From positions 992,001 through 1,056,000 of the forward strand of contig JADEYG010000003.1 of NCBI GenBank assembly GCA_016906335.1: a DNA stretch of 64,000 nt. The letters are read 5' to 3'. A program made the position numbers and the translations under genes. This DNA is from Novakomyces olei. Its lineage: Eukaryota. Below are positions 37,567-50,120 of this stretch, in pieces (positions within the stretch are counted from its first letter, which is position 1; the number at the start of each line of letters is the position of its first letter). The notes beneath the pieces were generated by a model, which was not told the DNA's origin, made no database searches, and saw only the letters and a program-made list of their open reading frames with translations.

Positions 37567-38564
37567 ATGTCCGCGAGCACGGGCTCTTTGCTTCAGCGGC
37601 AATGGCGTCCGCTATACAGCAAATTGCGGCCGCAAAACAATTCAATGCTATTGGCGCATTATAGTTCAATGCGCCAGTCCTCACTGTCGCTTAATATGAT
37701 GCAAGATCTGCCTTTACTGAGTGAGTCTATCAATCTGACGAGGAAGAGCTCTGGATTATTTAATAGAACATTCGGCTAACATGGGCCGCATTTTCGTTTG
37801 GTCGCTAAAGAGTTTTACGTACCGCCATCGCCGGAAAACAAATTATCGTTTTTCCGTTATCCAATACGGCGATCGAAATGTGCCCTGAGATGGTTTATCC
37901 AGCGAGTTCGTTCTCTCGCTGTTAAACGTTCGTGGGCTCGTCAAACAGGCCTTAAAAGTCAAGTGTGGCATATTAGTGATCTGACAAAGGACGCCTACAT
38001 TAAAATGAACCACGCGCTGGAGAGGTATTGCATGCTTTAATAATTTTTTATATTTTTTTATAGGTTTTGGTAATTTTTTATAATTTTTCTATAATTATTT
38101 TTACATCTGTTTTATTACTTTTTCCGGTTGCTAATTACAGACGCGATCCTGGTCTACTTGAAGAATCGTGCACGGGAAACTTGTCTTATGCACTGCAAAG
38201 CACTTTTAAGCGGCCGGCTACATCAAAGCTGCTTAACGTTATATCATGCCAAGAAAAATATTTTCTTGCCGCACCCATTGACGAGTCTCTAACGCGACAA
38301 ATTGCGTTTGCCGTGGTGCGCATAAAATCTACGCATCTTTTGAAAGACAAGCCTCTTACCTTCGTCGATACCATCGTATTCCAGAGCCGAAGTTGGGTTC
38401 CCGGTAGCCCGTGGAAGGTAAAGTGCCGAGTTGAGGAAACGGATCCCAATTTACAGTTTTCTGCAGTGAGTGGACCCGATGGTCTAGGTAATCCGGTAAG
38501 GATTGAGAAGGAGCAGTCTATTTTCCCCATACCTCCTGCCTTAACGAGAAAGACAAAAAAATGA
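37567..38564 (+). CDS. Tim44-like domain mitochondrial protein (Mba1/mL45-like)
   Basis: Basic presequence; DAYIKMNHALE..LLEESC..AVVRIKS..DTIVFQ..PWKV. Confidence 0.6.
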
Positions 38565-39118
38565 GCATAATCATAGCCCGCTGTATTGAATAGTGACTGC
38601 TTTACAAGTTTCGACCGGAATGGCGAGCATAAGGGTCATTGATATAGAATTAATACAATAAAAAAGCCTATACCCTACGCATGGTCTAGGTACAGCTTGG
38701 CCAGTATTCAGCATTTACAGGTGCAAGCTTTGATATTCGCAAAAGCAAACGTGATCCATAGTTGCACGTAACAATCACTAGTGTCACCAACAGAAGATAT
38801 CTGAATATAAAGGATGAGCCCATCATAAAGTTTAAATTAACCCTAACCCTAGTATCTCTCTTCGATAAGGCTACCAGTCATAGCAGGAAAGATTAGGTGG
38901 ATTTATCGCTAATTAACAACAATCTTTTGATAACAAAGAATAGACAGATCTTCCGTATGGAGAATCCATTTGTTCACACTGTACAATTACACCATACTAA
39001 ATTGCGATTACACCATTAGAGGATATAATTTTTTAAAATAATTAAAATAAATAAACCCCATAGTTAAATTAGACGATAACCGGTAGTAATATTATTTATT
39101 ACCTGTCAATTTGTCGAG

Positions 39119-40607
39119 ATGGTCTACGGCAGCACCGTCAGGCACGGCCTTTCCAGGCTCTCTTGCACACTTCGAAGCGGTAATTTTGCGACTCGGTCTA
39201 TAGCCACTTATGACGCTCTCGTCGTAGGAGCCGGGCCTGGTGGCGTGACGGCAGTTGGCTCAGCGGTAGATAATGGCGCAAAGACTGTGGCCTGGGCAGA
39301 TTCGACACCCGATGGAGGTCGTATCAACGAAAAGTACCGCGAGGTTCCCAGGTAAGCCCCACGCTAACAATATTCGTACTACATCTTTTCAATTCTGTTT
39401 GATTTTATCTGTTTGATTTCGTCTGTTTGATTTATTAGATTTATTTCATAATTGATATAATTGCATTTGTTTGCACGTCTCTCCTTACTCGATTAACCTG
39501 TTTATTACTCTATCGCTTGCCGATTTCTCAAACCAAAGTCTTTTTTATTAAAACTTTAAATTAATTGTATTTTTCATACATTGCCAACATGCTTTTAGCA
39601 ACACAATCATTAAATTCTTTGTCGAGTACGCAGAGGGCACAGACCTGTTCCGCAAGGCTCTGGCGAACGTGCCAAAGCCCAACCCGCTTTCGAGGCTAAA
39701 GGACGCAGACCAGGGCGAAACCACGTCCCTCGCCAATGCTGCAGATCTCGTTGTTTTCATGGCACAGCACTTGCGTACCCGACCAGAAGTTGAACGGTAC
39801 GAAAATAATGTTAAATCAATAGACATTCGCGACGACAATCTGCACCATGTAACCCTAAAATCTGGAGAAGCTTTTACCACTGGCTCCACCGTCCTGGCTA
39901 TAGGATCACATCCGGTGGAGTTGGATCTGCACTTACGGAACCCGCACGTGCAAGAAATCCCACTGGACACCTGCTTGAAACCGAGTGCGCTGGCCTCTCG
40001 CATTTCTGCAAATGATACTGTGGCAATCATAGGCAGCTCGCACTCTGCCATTTTGGCTTTAAAGAACGTCTTTGAGCACCCGTCGGCACCACGAATCCTC
40101 AATTTCTATCGGCAGCCTTTAAAGTATGCTGTTCCACAAGACGGATGGATCTTGTACGACAATACTGGATTAAAAGGTTTGGCCGCCCAGTGGGCTCGAG
40201 ATTACGTGGAAGACTATGAAAGCAAACCTAATGTGGCGGCACGGCTGCAGAGAGTTTGCACTAGAGGATTAGACGAGCAGCAAATATACAACGACTATAT
40301 GCCGGCCTGTACTAAAGTCGTTTATTCCGTCGGATTTCGACGCAATAATCTGCCCGAGATTACGTTAAACGGAGAAGCGGTCGACCCGGTTTTCGATAAT
40401 GTTACAGGCAAATTCTCTTTCACGAAAGCGGATGGAAGAGTTCAAGATATTCCTCGCCTGTTTGGGATCGGGATTGCTTTCCCTGAGCGCGTTACTGATC
40501 CGAGGGGCAATGTAGAATTTGCCGTTGGGTTCAGGAAGTTTCTTAATTTTGCATGCAAAACCAGTCCGACTTGGTTTGACGGTCTGCCTCTCAAGCAGAC
40601 TGCGTGA
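39119..40607 (+). CDS. FAD/NAD(P)-binding pyridine nucleotide-disulfide oxidoreductase-like protein (intron ~39352-39598)
   Basis: VVGAGPGG Rossmann motif, YREVP|SNT, LAIGSHP, AIIGSSHSAIL, LYDNTGLKG, GIAFPERV. Confidence 0.88.
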
Positions 40608-40845
40608 AATATACTGAGGGCAATGCACATAGACTCTCCTAGTAATGGTTTAACTGGGATTTAGATTGATCATTGATTTAATAAAATCAAAAATTGAAAA
40701 AGTACATTGAAAAAAAAAAGATTAAAAACAGTGTAAAAGGTACAAAATAAATTTCAATATGGACAAACAAATCTACGCGCGTAATTCCGCGTACAAAGAC
40801 CCCTCCACAACCAATCAAAGCACTAATCAGGGCGAATTTTGGCCA

Positions 40846-41938
40846 TTATTTTCCGGTTGCCGGAAGCACACTCGAAATTGGCGCCTTTGGTCGAAACAGG
40901 GCGACGGCGATATTCCGCCAAACGCCGAGGGAAAAAGGTCTCTTGTACCGGGCGCCCGTCGACTGCCGTAACTGTACGCGTCAAACAAATATGCACAGAG
41001 CAGGGCTTACGTATTCCGCAGTAGTCTGCCCTCGGCATATAAGAAAGCAGTGGTACGCAAGCAAGTAGGCCACGGGGAGGAGAAACGTGAAAAACAAGCA
41101 AGCCGTTACGATCCCAGCAGCAAACTGGTAGAGGGAGCCCTTATGCCTGTGCGTGTACAATACGCACTGGGCAACGGAAAGACCAATAATAAAACAGCCA
41201 TCTGCCACAGCAAAAGCAAGGCAGGTTATAAAGTAAGAATAGTTTCTTTTGCCAATGCAGGTGTTCATGTACCGGCAATGGTGGTCCGACCGCTCAACGC
41301 ACCTGTCGCACAAACGGCAATGGCTGCTGCGTGGAGGTCTCCACACGTGGCACGTCGTACAGTACCGCACATTAACAGTGTCGACCCCGCGGACGGACTT
41401 TACCGCTACAGGCCGCGCGGGGCTAACGAGCATATCTACACTCGAAACTTTGTGGAGGCCGCGCGGGATTGTCTGGCATTAGCATATGAATGTCTGCAAT
41501 TGTGCTTTGATTTGTATACTGTTTCCAGTCTTGGCTGGCTTTAATTATGATTATTGCCATTGCTATTATGATCAATTGTTTTATATTTATTTATTTATTT
41601 ATATTTATTTATTTATTTATTTTTATTTTATTTTATTTTTTGTTTGTTGTTGTTTGTTGATTTATTTATTTTTATTTTTATTTTTGAAACCTTTTTCATG
41701 TTCAACTCTTTCCTACCCCAGGATCAGTGAGCCATGCTTTTGCAAACGCGACAATGACGACGGCGGTGAGGTAGGCCTCCACTACAGGCACCGCGGGCGA
41801 AATATGGTGCCATATAAAGTAGTAACTTGTATCAGTAACAATGCTTCCCGTAACTTACGCTAAACCTATACGCAAACCAGCAAGAGCGAACAGAAGTGCC
41901 AACGTACACACCAGCGGCAGTGCTCTACATTCTAACAT
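40846..41938 (-). CDS. ERF2: DHHC palmitoyltransferase, Erf2-like, short N-terminus, 3 introns
   Basis: WHHISPAVP..TDPG, YCTTCHVWRPPRSSHCRLCDRCV..DHHC, CIGKRNY, GQTTAEY. Confidence 0.8.
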
Positions 41939-42197
41939 TTATCTGAGCAGTCGCGCTGTTGCATCTGTAAAGCAAATATTGTGCATTATTTATTAGCGGA
42001 GGGTCTATCGGCTATACAATAAATAGTAATAGACTGACAAAATAGGATTATAGTATTTACTTCTTATATATGTGCACTAACATGTATTTGTAAATGCCTT
42101 CATGAAATTACTACACCGAAACGTAAACGCCATGACCCTGAAAATATGCAATGAACCGTTAATGACCAGACGCTATTAGAGCCATCCATAAATTCTC

Positions 42198-42716
42198 TTA
42201 CAGAAGCTTGCGCTTCTTCAATTTTTGGATATCCGCCTCTGAAGTATATCTTTGTCTCATTGTGCTAAACCAATTGCGCAGTTGGGTCCTTGTAAGACCG
42301 GAGAGGCGCAATAGAGCCTCTTTTTCAGCAGGAGTCGGAAAGCACAAAGGAAAATTTGCCACGAAGTACTCTTCGAGCGGTCGGAAATTAGATTTGCGTT
42401 TTTTCTTCAGCATTTCGTTTCTTGTAATAATACCAGAACAGTCTTCCGATAAGCTCATAACGGAGCTCTTCAATGTCTTCGCCAGTCCATGAATTCGAGC
42501 AGTGGTTGAAGAATCGACAGCTTCGTTGCTTTGGTTAAATATTTCAAAACAGGACAGCAAATTGGCATTCAGCTTATGAATCTCTTCAACCGTTAAGGGG
42601 TTCGAATTGTAAGAGCAATTCAGCACATTGACTGCATTTACCATTGAATTAGTTAGTATGTCCGAAACGGCCATATAATCCGAATGAAATGATAGGCAAC
42701 TTGAACTCGAATTCAT
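42198..42716 (-). CDS. Mating-type homeodomain protein, MATalpha2/matPi-like (TALE-type)
   Basis: LEEYFVANFPLCFPTPAEKEALLRLSGLTRTQLRNWFSTMRQR; 172 aa, intronless; near SLA2. Confidence 0.75.
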   Translation of the reverse strand: MNSSSSCLSFHSDYMAVSDILTNSMVNAVNVLNCSYNSNPLTVEEIHKLNANLLSCFEIFNQSNEAVDSSTTARIHGLAKTLKSSVMSLSEDCSGIITRNEMLKKKRKSNFRPLEEYFVANFPLCFPTPAEKEALLRLSGLTRTQLRNWFSTMRQRYTSEADIQKLKKRKLL

Positions 42717-42892
42717 GAGAGAGCAGAAAGTTACTGACTTCGAACACAGAGCGATGTTCGCCGCTCAAGATAACTCTTTGTTTATGGCGTCGCGTAATTA
42801 TAATTTAAATATAATAATAGATATGGTATGACGATAGTAATATAAACCAATACGAACACGTAAGGAACATATTTGCTATCGATATTAGATGA

Positions 42893-45089
42893 ATGATGTC
42901 GATTAGCTGCAGTAGTCCTGAAAAGATTCAGGCTTTCTGCTCCGAGGTAGATGATACTTCGATTGAAGCGGATAAAATGCTAACAAAGTCGGCAAGGATG
43001 GCCTGAGAGCTCTTTCTTCGCGCGTTAAGCAAGCATTGACGGTAATCAAAGTAAGCTCTTCAAAATTTGGCCTACTACTAATTTTGTTCCCAGGAGCTAT
43101 CAGTCTATTTAAGGAAAAATGCTACGCTACGCGATCAGTATTCAAAAGGTATGCAGAAGCACTGTTATATTGGCAGCACTTAAAATAAAATTGTGTAGAT
43201 TTGTCAAAAGCATGCCGTTCTATGAAAGATGGACTTTCGAAGCTAGACTCTTCTCACAGGTAATTATCCTTTCTGCGTTTAAGCATACAATGCCTAACAT
43301 ATTTAATTGAAGTGGAACTGTTGAGTTTATCTCAATACTCCCGAACATGAATGAGATGAGGTCAGAGACTTTCCTACTTATGGCAAACAAGCTGTCTGAT
43401 ATGTCCGAGGAAATATCAGATGAAATTAAGCGGCTTGATCGTGTACGGAAGGTTACTAAGGACGCCGCTATGGCTGACGAAAAAGCACTTACTAATGCCA
43501 AACAAGAATTTGAGAAGGTAAATGTGACAGGAAATTTGATAAATTAATACTTTTGTAGGCAAAGAGCCGCCATCATGCTCTTGAATCTGAATATGAGAAA
43601 TTTAGAGGAATGCAAAATGATCATCAAAAGAAGTCTTTTTCGTTTCGTCAAAAATCAGAGCAACAGGTAATCTATCATACGGCTTGTCAAAGGTATTGAC
43701 TGTCAAATAGATTGCACGACAAGAAGAGGAGCTTAGGCTTAAAGTAGCCGAAGCTCTAAGAGAAATGAAATTGAAAGAATCGGAATTTGAACACAAAGAA
43801 AGGGAGCTTGAGCTTCACGCCAGACCGAAATATGCGGAAGTACGTATAATGTCTACGCTATTTCTTCAACTACTAACATGCAAAGACGTTATTGCAGTTA
43901 CTAGAAGAAGTGAGCCTATACACTCATGCTCAAGTTGAGAAAACGAGTAAGGCATTTGTTGTTACCATACCATATCTAATGAATGATAGGATATCTCGAC
44001 GAGGAATTCATTGTTAGTCTAGGGCTCTCCTGTCAATTAAGTAACTGAGAAATTTGATGGAATCCAACTTTTACTAATCTCTCCAGAAAACAACGGATCA
44101 GCTCTTGCATCGCTATCAAAATTTATTGATTCCTGGACGAAAAGCAAACCGAAACAAACACCAGTTTTGAGTGCAAATGATCGAATAGTGGTAATTTATC
44201 ACAGAATAAATTTAGAGTTTCTAACAACAATAAAGGAACCCTCCGAGGACAACTCGCACAAGAACAAATTATTTGGTGTGAGCTTAGGAGAAATGTTTCA
44301 AGAAAACGGTGCTGCTTCATTTACCACAGTGTTTCAACTAATGGACTGTGTCGAAAAATATGGTATAATTAAACGATGAAATATCGGAAAATCATACTAA
44401 AGCCCCTTTTAGGATCTCATTTGGAAGGCATTTATCGTCTTTCTGGATCGTCGGGCACGATTATTAAATTGAAGCAGAGCCTTGAAGATGGTATAAAATT
44501 TTCTTCATCTGAAATTGTGTGCTGAACATCATTTAGACAGTAATGCTCTGCTCAATCGGCCCGAAGAGGCCGAGAAAGATGTTGTTTCTGTATCTGCGCT
44601 TCTCAAGCAATATTTTCGCGAACTGCCAGACCCTTTGATTCCTGATGAGTTTGCTACCTCATTCGTTTCAGCGGCACAAAGAGGCGGACGTGAGAGCCGT
44701 GACGCGTAAGGCAAAGTTCAATATTCGTTATGCTTACGGACTAGAATACATCGTGCTGTAAATAATCTCCCAGATCCAAACTACGTCATGCTCCGGCGTT
44801 TAATCATTCATCTTTTCCGGTATGATTTGTGTTCTTTTTCGGGACTGAAGAGGCTAATTATACACAGGATTTCTGAGGAGCGCGCTTTTAACAAAATGAA
44901 CGCAAGTAATTTGTCCATTATATGGGGGCCTGCGATTATGTCTTCCGAAGGTAAACTCTTTTTTTTCTTGGCTGCGAATAGTAATTATTAATTGTAGCAT
45001 CGGCCTCAATGGCGGATTTAGGGTGGCACTGCAAAGCTATTGAGATTCTCGTAGAGAACTGCTATTCAATCTTCGATGCAGACTCATAG
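42893..45089 (+). CDS. F-BAR + RhoGAP protein (Rgd1/Rga7-like), ~15 short introns
   Basis: F-BAR LSSRVKQAL..KEK, EFEKAKSRH, EEELRLKV; RhoGAP LFGVSL, EGIYRLSG, LLKQYFRELPDPL, LPDPNYVMLR, NKMNASNLSIIWGP. Confidence 0.88.
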
Positions 45090-45231
45090 ATTTCTCTGTG
45101 ACTTCCAACATAATAATTAATAACCATCAATTAGCAATGTAGCATTACTTATAATAGAAGCAAGTAATATCACGCTGCCGTTTTGGCAATTCTCAAAAAT
45201 AGACGGCTGGTATGCTAAATTGTTGCTAGAC

Positions 45232-45702
45232 ATGAAAGGTAGATTCAGAATTAAGCAAGCCAAGCAACACCTTGACGCAAATGACGCAAAGAAAAGTGCG
45301 GAGATAAGCCGTTATAATCCTTTATTTGTTGTGTTTCCATTGGAAGCAAAATACAAGTCCGTTGTGAATGGCAAAGGTGTGGACGAAGAGATCATATCAC
45401 AATGCGCCCAAGAGTCGAGGCTTTCGTCTTCAAGGAAGATCAGCAAACCATATCTAAAAACCGCCGGCTCCAAGAAAAACAAAAACACAGCTTTATTTTC
45501 ATACAGAATGGGTGGTTTCATTCAGTTTAGGACTCATGTCTCGAATGAAATTAAGAAGCGAGGTCTTAAGGTTGCCCAGCGGAAGCTTTCCTCCGAACTG
45601 TCGAAAATTTGGAAAGAAATGGATTATGATAAAAAGCTGCAATGGAAATCAACGGCAGATGTGGAACACTTTATAGAAACTTACACTCAAAAGTTACCAT
45701 GA
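45232..45702 (+). CDS. Mating-type alpha-box/HMG protein, MATalpha1/matPc-like
   Basis: GGFIQFR...QRKLSSELSKIWKEM..KKLQWK alpha-box/HMG pattern; N-terminal FRIK like alpha1 proteins. Confidence 0.72.
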   Translation: MKGRFRIKQAKQHLDANDAKKSAEISRYNPLFVVFPLEAKYKSVVNGKGVDEEIISQCAQESRLSSSRKISKPYLKTAGSKKNKNTALFSYRMGGFIQFRTHVSNEIKKRGLKVAQRKLSSELSKIWKEMDYDKKLQWKSTADVEHFIETYTQKLP

Positions 45703-45748
45703 AATATTGCCATGACAAGATGACAAGTTATTATCATGTTCAAACGTA

Positions 45749-47733
45749 CTATATATGTTTGGACATTGGAGCTATGACACCCAGATCTTTCTCATCCACC
45801 AACCCGAGCTTCATTATATCACCCCAGAAAAGCATGACTCTCTGCTCGGCGTACAGCAAGTAATCAAACTCGGTTTCATTGGCCTCTTCGATTTCGACCC
45901 ATTCGTCTTGCACCGGCTGCGGAACATTGTTACGATTAATACCCCACAGACTCCAGAAAGCATGACTTGCTGGTCGCCACGCAGTGACAGCTTCAGCAAA
46001 TTTGTCGGATGGAAAGGAAAACTTTGTTTCGCTGTCGATTCCCCATTCAGAATAAGCTTCAATGAAACGCAGTTGCTCAGCGTATGAGGGGTACGCGGTT
46101 TCGTGGAGCACATGTGAGTCCGGCCGGCCATAGTCCGCCATCCATTCACACTAGACAACGATTAGAGGTGATACAGGCAGAATTTTACAAACATGAAATA
46201 AAATATTAGACAAAGTTAGATTTAGAAATAAAATAATTTAATTTAATTTAAGATTAAATTAAATTGCGATGTTAATCGAGTAGAAAATAAGCCGATAATG
46301 TAGCAAGCTAAAATTGACAAATAAAAGCAAACAAGGTAGCTTACAAAATGGTTGGCCACGTCGTAAAAGCGCGGATTTGGCCCGGCGTACTCAAAATCGA
46401 TCGGCGTGAGGCACGTGTTATCGCGTCCCTGCATTTTAACAATATTCCCGTATTGAATCTGGGCATTTAGCAAATATAGACTAATAATAAGTCATACGTC
46501 ATTATGGCAAAAAGCCATGCTTTGCCGCACGTCTCCGTACTCCGTCTTCTCCAGCCACAGCCTGTACCGTTCAACGTACTTTGTAAAAAAATCAAACATA
46601 TCCGTTGAGATACAAGAATGACTACGGTTGAAGGCAGTAGTAAGTCGCCGAGCCAAAGGCAGCCAGTCAAACCACAATTGCCATACAACAGGAAGCGAGT
46701 TCCGTTCAGATTCATTTAAAACGACCGCATCGTGAAATTCGCGCATACGCTGAGCAATCTGGTTGCTTATATCGGGCGACCGCATTTCTTTTGGACTCAG
46801 AGCTGCACAGTCCAGCCACTGCTCGAATCTGCCATTGGCAAAAGTCCCAATTACTCGGGGACCGATCCCGTGTTTGCCCAGCCTCCGCAAGTTCACGGCC
46901 TCTTTCGTACGATCGATCAAAAGGTCTGAAGTCGGACCGAATACTCGGAGTAGCAATCGTCGCCTATGGGGTTTGCTTCGTGAGGGACAACTGTCTCCAA
47001 TCGTTTCGATGGGAGCCATAATGAAATAGACAGAGTTTGTTAGCGCACCAGATAGCCTTTGCACAAAGACATCGGAGGCCGCAGCAATAGGGATATGGCG
47101 CCATGGCGAAATGCACAGTTTGTGTAAGAGGCGTAGCAGTGAGGCTTTAAATTCCTCGCATCTGCTGAAAAGTTAGTGACTACAAGTTGGCGAAAAAGCC
47201 GGTGGCCGATCAAACAAGGGCAGAGAGAAATGTGGATGGTTAAAGTGCAAAAATAAGCAGATACAAAGAGTCGAGTATATAGCTAAATCGACGGAGTAAA
47301 TAACACTGTGCATTTCAAAATTACAGACATTGAAGTAGCACAAAAGAGACGCGTATAGTAACGAGGCAACAAACAGTCGTGAGACATAAATGGTCTATTG
47401 TAATTGGTATTTCAGTCGCAAAAGCTGAGATAAGATCAAACAGGGCTAAATTTAAAAGACAGTTTAGAACAGTAAGAAAGGAACGAAAGCGAGGAAGCAA
47501 AAGCAAAGACGCAAAGCAAAGAAACGAAGCAAAGATACAAAACAAGGAGATAAAGAAAAGGCACTTTTGACATACTTGTCGTCCAGAATATAATCGCAAT
47601 GAGGTACAAAGTACTCTTGGTCGCCAATCAATGTAAGGCCGTCAACATAGCTAGTCACTGGCTGTCTGCCGGCGTGCGATCTTTGGCCTGGTAACGTGGG
47701 CCGAATCAATGGCGATTTTCGAGGATTGTTCAT
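45749..47733 (-). CDS. CKI1: Choline/ethanolamine kinase, multi-exon (first intron ~414 nt)
   Basis: RLSGALTNSVY, LLLRVFG, FANGRFEQW, FCHND|AQYGNI, IDFEYAGPN, DVANHF, SHAFWSLWG. Confidence 0.9.
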
Positions 47734-48234
47734 CTGATCTTCATGTGACTTTTCAGACAGGCAATTGATATATGTTAATATATATATATTTATTTATATA
47801 TATTTATACAGTAAACTGATAGACGCGCCTTGGCCCTGATTTACCGAGTTTTTTATATATACGCAGTGCAATTCAAGTAATTTGGCGAGGTAGAGTCTAG
47901 TGTTAGGGTTATACAACCAAGACAATATCTTAGGGTTAATATTCACGGTATTGCAACCGAGCTAGCTCTAGTTCATTGGGAGAATAATTGCTTTTAGTTG
48001 CGCAACGTATTGCAGGCGCGACAATCCAAATAGCCAGCCAGGCCTATTCCTGCGCGAAACGTCTGCCAGCTTCTACTCTGCTACGGTTGTTTTTATAAGG
48101 ATAAATAAAAGGCCTCGATAAAGAACAATGACAAAGCAATGAATTGACTCTAAACTCCTGTTGTCGTTTTCGCATCCCGAAAACAATCCGAAAGTAAAAT
48201 AACCTTTTTTATATTTCTGTAATAAACGCCGCCA

Positions 48235-49765
48235 TCAGGTACGAAAGTACATTGGACTCGATATATCAGCAGAGCCTGAGCCAGATTGGCTTTGACTCTG
48301 CCTTTCATAAAAGCTTTGTGAGTATACGGAATCGGAAAACGGTTCGTCAGGCATTAACGAGCGACCATTTTCACCATTATCAGTATGCTGCCTCATTAAA
48401 AAGTCGTCGCTGTGTGGCATATCAACGAGGCCATTATATCTTCTTATGGGTGAGGAAGAATATAGATCAGAATCTAAATTGGTCGAGGCACCACGGGAAT
48501 ATTGTTGTGATTGTGCGATATCATACGTCAGATTGTGGCTCTGCGATGGGTTAGGCTTGGCTCGCAATTTTAAGCCTGCGGCCTTATACTTGTCAGGAAA
48601 CGCATTTCGGAACCTGGCGGTCAGCTTAGATTGAAGAGAAAAAATATAAATTAATATTAATATTAATAATAATATTAATAATTAAAAAACAAAGTAAGTT
48701 CCAGAGACTGAATAGAAGGAATTTTAATATTGCATTTTGACTCAATACAGAAGCAGAAGAAGAAAAGAAATTTGAGCTTAAATTGCATGAAATTTTAATT
48801 CAAGGCTCGATGTAAAACAAAATAACGATCCGAAATCAATTAAATTTGAGATAATGTTGAGACTAAATCAATCAAAGAAAGCATACCTGTCCCGTATATC
48901 GGTGCTACGCCTCGTGGATAAGCCTAAACTTGCATCTTTGCGAATTTTAGACCAGCGTGGCCCATACTAGCAATTAGAATGATGTCTTATTTCTGACGAT
49001 AAAAGGCACAGCAGGAATAGAGGGAAAAGGAACAAAACGTAAACAAATTTACGTTAAAACCCCAAAGCTCGAGTACCTTTTGAAACCCTTCCAATAAACC
49101 AGCGTCTTCCTCCGAGGTAAACTCCTTCCGCGGTCTACGTTCGATCTGAGGCAAGATCAAATCGCTCTGAATACCGTAAGGCTTATTCAATTTAGCCTTT
49201 GCATTGGGATAAAACTGATTATAATCTTCTGATGAAATAGTCCGAAATCTAATATTAGCATTGGCAAGGCCGATAGTGGTGCGAACCTGTCTTTTAAATG
49301 TATAGCGCTCCGATCATTAAAGTTAAACCTTTGCCGCAGTTAGGACACGAGTCAAGCGTACGACGTTACCTCTGATCCTGCAATATTTTCTTCCAGTTTC
49401 CAACACCGTATATTTTACAGCCACGTAAAAGATCCTGCGTCTCCGAGTCTGTCCACATTGTGCGTGGCCGTTTCCGCGTATACTGAGGGCTGGTGCCTTT
49501 ATTGATTAACTATGATATTATGACCATCCGCCTACCTCGTTCAAGACCTGACGCGAAATCGCCTTGTAGTTGCGCGTCATTATCACCACCTTCCGCTGTG
49601 ACAAATCCTTTTGCCAAGCATTAGCATCAACAAAGGCCATCGTCTCTTACCTTGCGACACGTGCAGCGGGGAAGACGGCAGACTAAACTGGTGAAACCGG
49701 CCTTGTCCAGTATCTGGCTGCAGCTGATGCGCGTCTAATTTTGTGAACTGAGACTGCCGATCCAT
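48235..49765 (-). CDS. TAY1: Double-Myb telobox DNA-binding protein, Tay1/Teb1-like, multi-exon
   Basis: Myb1 RTMWTDSETQDLLRGCKIYGVGNWKKILQD..LKDRFRT; Myb2 RKEFTSEEDAGLLEGFQKYGPRWSKI..RRSTDIRDRFRNAFP. Confidence 0.82.
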
Positions 49766-49898
49766 ACTCGTGATTTGATACCCGTTTGAGGGTCAAAGGA
49801 GCCGTTTACAGTGTAGCAATCAGGCATCGGCATATCACGATCATGCTGGTACGCGCTGCTCAGTTTATATTCGCATATTAAATAGTTTATCAATTTAA

Positions 49899-50005
49899 TA
49901 AATTATTAAATTATTAAATTATTAAATTATTAAATTATTAAATTATTAAATTATTAAATTATTAAATTATTAAATTATTAAATTATTAAATTATTAATTA
50001 ATCAT

Positions 50006-50036
<31 letters not shown>

Positions 50037-50037
50037 T
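49899..50037. repeat. (TTATTAAA)n ~12 units plus (TTTA)n in the TAY1/SET6 divergent promoter
   Basis: Read directly from the sequence. Confidence 0.95.
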
Positions 50038-50120
50038 CAATGAAATCTATCAATTTTAATTCGCCTTTTTAGTCCCTTGTTAATGCTGATTGCACTGTCG
50101 CCGACCAACTCTATCTTCGT

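Noticed and set aside
41900-46000. Mating-type switching cassette or inverted repeats; pheromone gene
   Set aside because: No duplicated flanking sequence or small CAAX pheromone ORF recognised in the window
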